Assembly (NCBI GenBank): GCA_964504535.1
Contig: CAZDED010000001.1
Location: 101,804-165,803, forward strand
DNA: 64,000 bases
Reading direction: 5' to 3'
Source of the DNA: an uncultured Gammaproteobacteria bacterium
Lineage (GTDB): Bacteria; Patescibacteriota; Microgenomatia; Levybacterales; GWA1-39-11
In this document: one piece after another, positions 62,885 to 64,000 of the stretch
Position numbering within the stretch: the stretch's first letter is position 1
Layout: the number at the start of each line of letters is the position of its first letter
Notes under the pieces: generated by a model
Told to the model about the DNA's origin: nothing
What the model saw: only the letters and a program-made list of their open reading frames with translations
The model's database searches: none
Program-made: the position numbers and the translations under genes

Positions 62885-63220
62885 ATGTTAAAAAATCTTT
62901 TACTATTGGCAGGATTTAGCACATTTGTTGTCATTGTTATTGTTGGCTTGAATGTATTCCATGATCATGAAGTTTCTTCTTTACCTTCTTCCACTCAAAT
63001 ACATATAACTGCTATTACGCCAAATTTCGATGTCAAAACCCTCAATAATTTGAAAAAAAGATCAGCAATCTCAGTAAGTCTCCAAGAAAAAAGTGCCGTA
63101 GTTTCTGAAGACTCGAAGCAAACAACAACGCTTCCGACCCCATCAATTAGTCTTACTCCAGTTACTGCAACAAAAAGTGCCATTCCTATCATTACTATTA
63201 CGCCCGTTGTGCAACCGTAA
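62885..63220 (+). CDS. Small membrane-anchored protein with a PT tail (pilNO operon)
   Basis: N-terminal TM helix, ITPNFD..TL..LK.R and a P/T-rich tail. Confidence 0.65.
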   Translation: MLKNLLLLAGFSTFVVIVIVGLNVFHDHEVSSLPSSTQIHITAITPNFDVKTLNNLKKRSAISVSLQEKSAVVSEDSKQTTTLPTPSISLTPVTATKSAIPIITITPVVQP

Positions 63221-63223
63221 AAT

Positions 63224-64000
63224 ATGAAAAAAGGTTTATTTAATAAAAGAATCCCAACCATGGTTGCTCTCCTTATCCTCGTGGCGGTTATAGGAATATC
63301 AACTTATCTTATTCAGAAAGGGGTTTTTTATGTCGGAAAAGCCGCTCCTGATACTCAACCACAAAATGTATCAATCAACAATGTCACTGACACCTCCTTT
63401 ACTGTTGTTTTTACGACTGCTGGGCTTACAGACTCTGTTATTGGTATGAATGATGCGACTGCGGGCAATTCTATAATATTTGACGATAGAGATAAAAAAA
63501 CTGGAACACATAATAAATATTATTCTCACCACATAACTGTTCCTAACTTATCGCCAAATACTTCCTATACTTTTAAACTAATAGTTGGAGGAAAAGATTA
63601 TCTTAGTAGTGGATATTCTGTCAAAACCGGTGGACAAATAACTACTCCACCCCCTAGCCAAAACCCGATTTTTGGAAAGATAATCCTTCCCGATGGAACT
63701 CCGGGCAGCGATTCCGTAGTTGTGTTCAAGACTGGAGGAGCTGGACAAGTTTCAGCAGTAACGGATCTTAAAGGAGAATTTATAATCCCCACTAATTCAA
63801 TACGGGATACCACAAACAGTTCGTATGTGATTCTTGACAATGACTCAACCATAACAATTACTGCTTATCGTGAATTGATGAGCGCGTCTGTTACAACGAA
63901 TTTTAGGGTAGCACAAAATCTACCCCCCATAACTCTACAACAGCAATACATATTCACCCAGGCAGAAGAAAAAATATCAACTATGAGTTCTCAGCTTACT
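63224..64000 (+). CDS. Membrane-anchored fibronectin type III-like domain protein; 3' end runs off the window (not in the ORF track)
   Basis: Manual translation MKKGLFNKRIPTMVALLILVAVIG...PQNVSINNVTDTSFTVVF...HHITVPNLSPNTSYTF. Confidence 0.8.
   Translation, partial: MKKGLFNKRIPTMVALLILVAVIGISTYLIQKGVFYVGKAAPDTQPQNVSINNVTDTSFTVVFTTAGLTDSVIGMNDATAGNSIIFDDRDKKTGTHNKYYSHHITVPNLSPNTSYTFKLIVGGKDYLSSGYSVKTGGQITTPPPSQNPIFGKIILPDGTPGSDSVVVFKTGGAGQVSAVTDLKGEFIIPTNSIRDTTNSSYVILDNDSTITITAYRELMSASVTTNFRVAQNLPPITLQQQYIFTQAEEKISTMSSQLT

Overview
AT-rich, gene-dense bacterial chromosome segment (standard code, TGA used as stop). Gene content and style suggest Patescibacteria/CPR, probably Microgenomates; this is an inference from the type IV pilin cluster, VirB2-like pilin, many Pro/Thr-rich membrane-tethered proteins and many apparently leaderless genes. 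From left to right: three tandem secreted Asn/Gly/Thr-repeat proteins behind an attenuator-like leader and a DUF2292/YezD gene; MacAB-like ABC and RND exporters; mutY-like, SIMPL, tgt, prenyltransferase and D-2-hydroxyacid dehydrogenase genes; a membrane-anchored degenerate Clp ATPase; a type IV pilus operon; the heat-shock region (hrcA-grpE-dnaK ... dnaJ, hsp20, groES-groEL, with CIRCE operators), with VirB2/VirB6-like, ClpC-like and M4 protease genes between dnaK and dnaJ; metG; an envelope glycosylation cluster; lepA, murJ, rpsT and pilNO. No rRNA, tRNA, CRISPR array or transposase was recognised. The most notable signals are: (1) lepA has no canonical start codon and is preceded by a leaderless uORF that re-encodes its own N-terminus; (2) a promoter-hairpin-terminator switch next to yezD controls putative amyloid/beta-solenoid surface proteins; (3) 7-nt-period repeats, often in inverted pairs, occur across the window and inside prepilin leader peptides.
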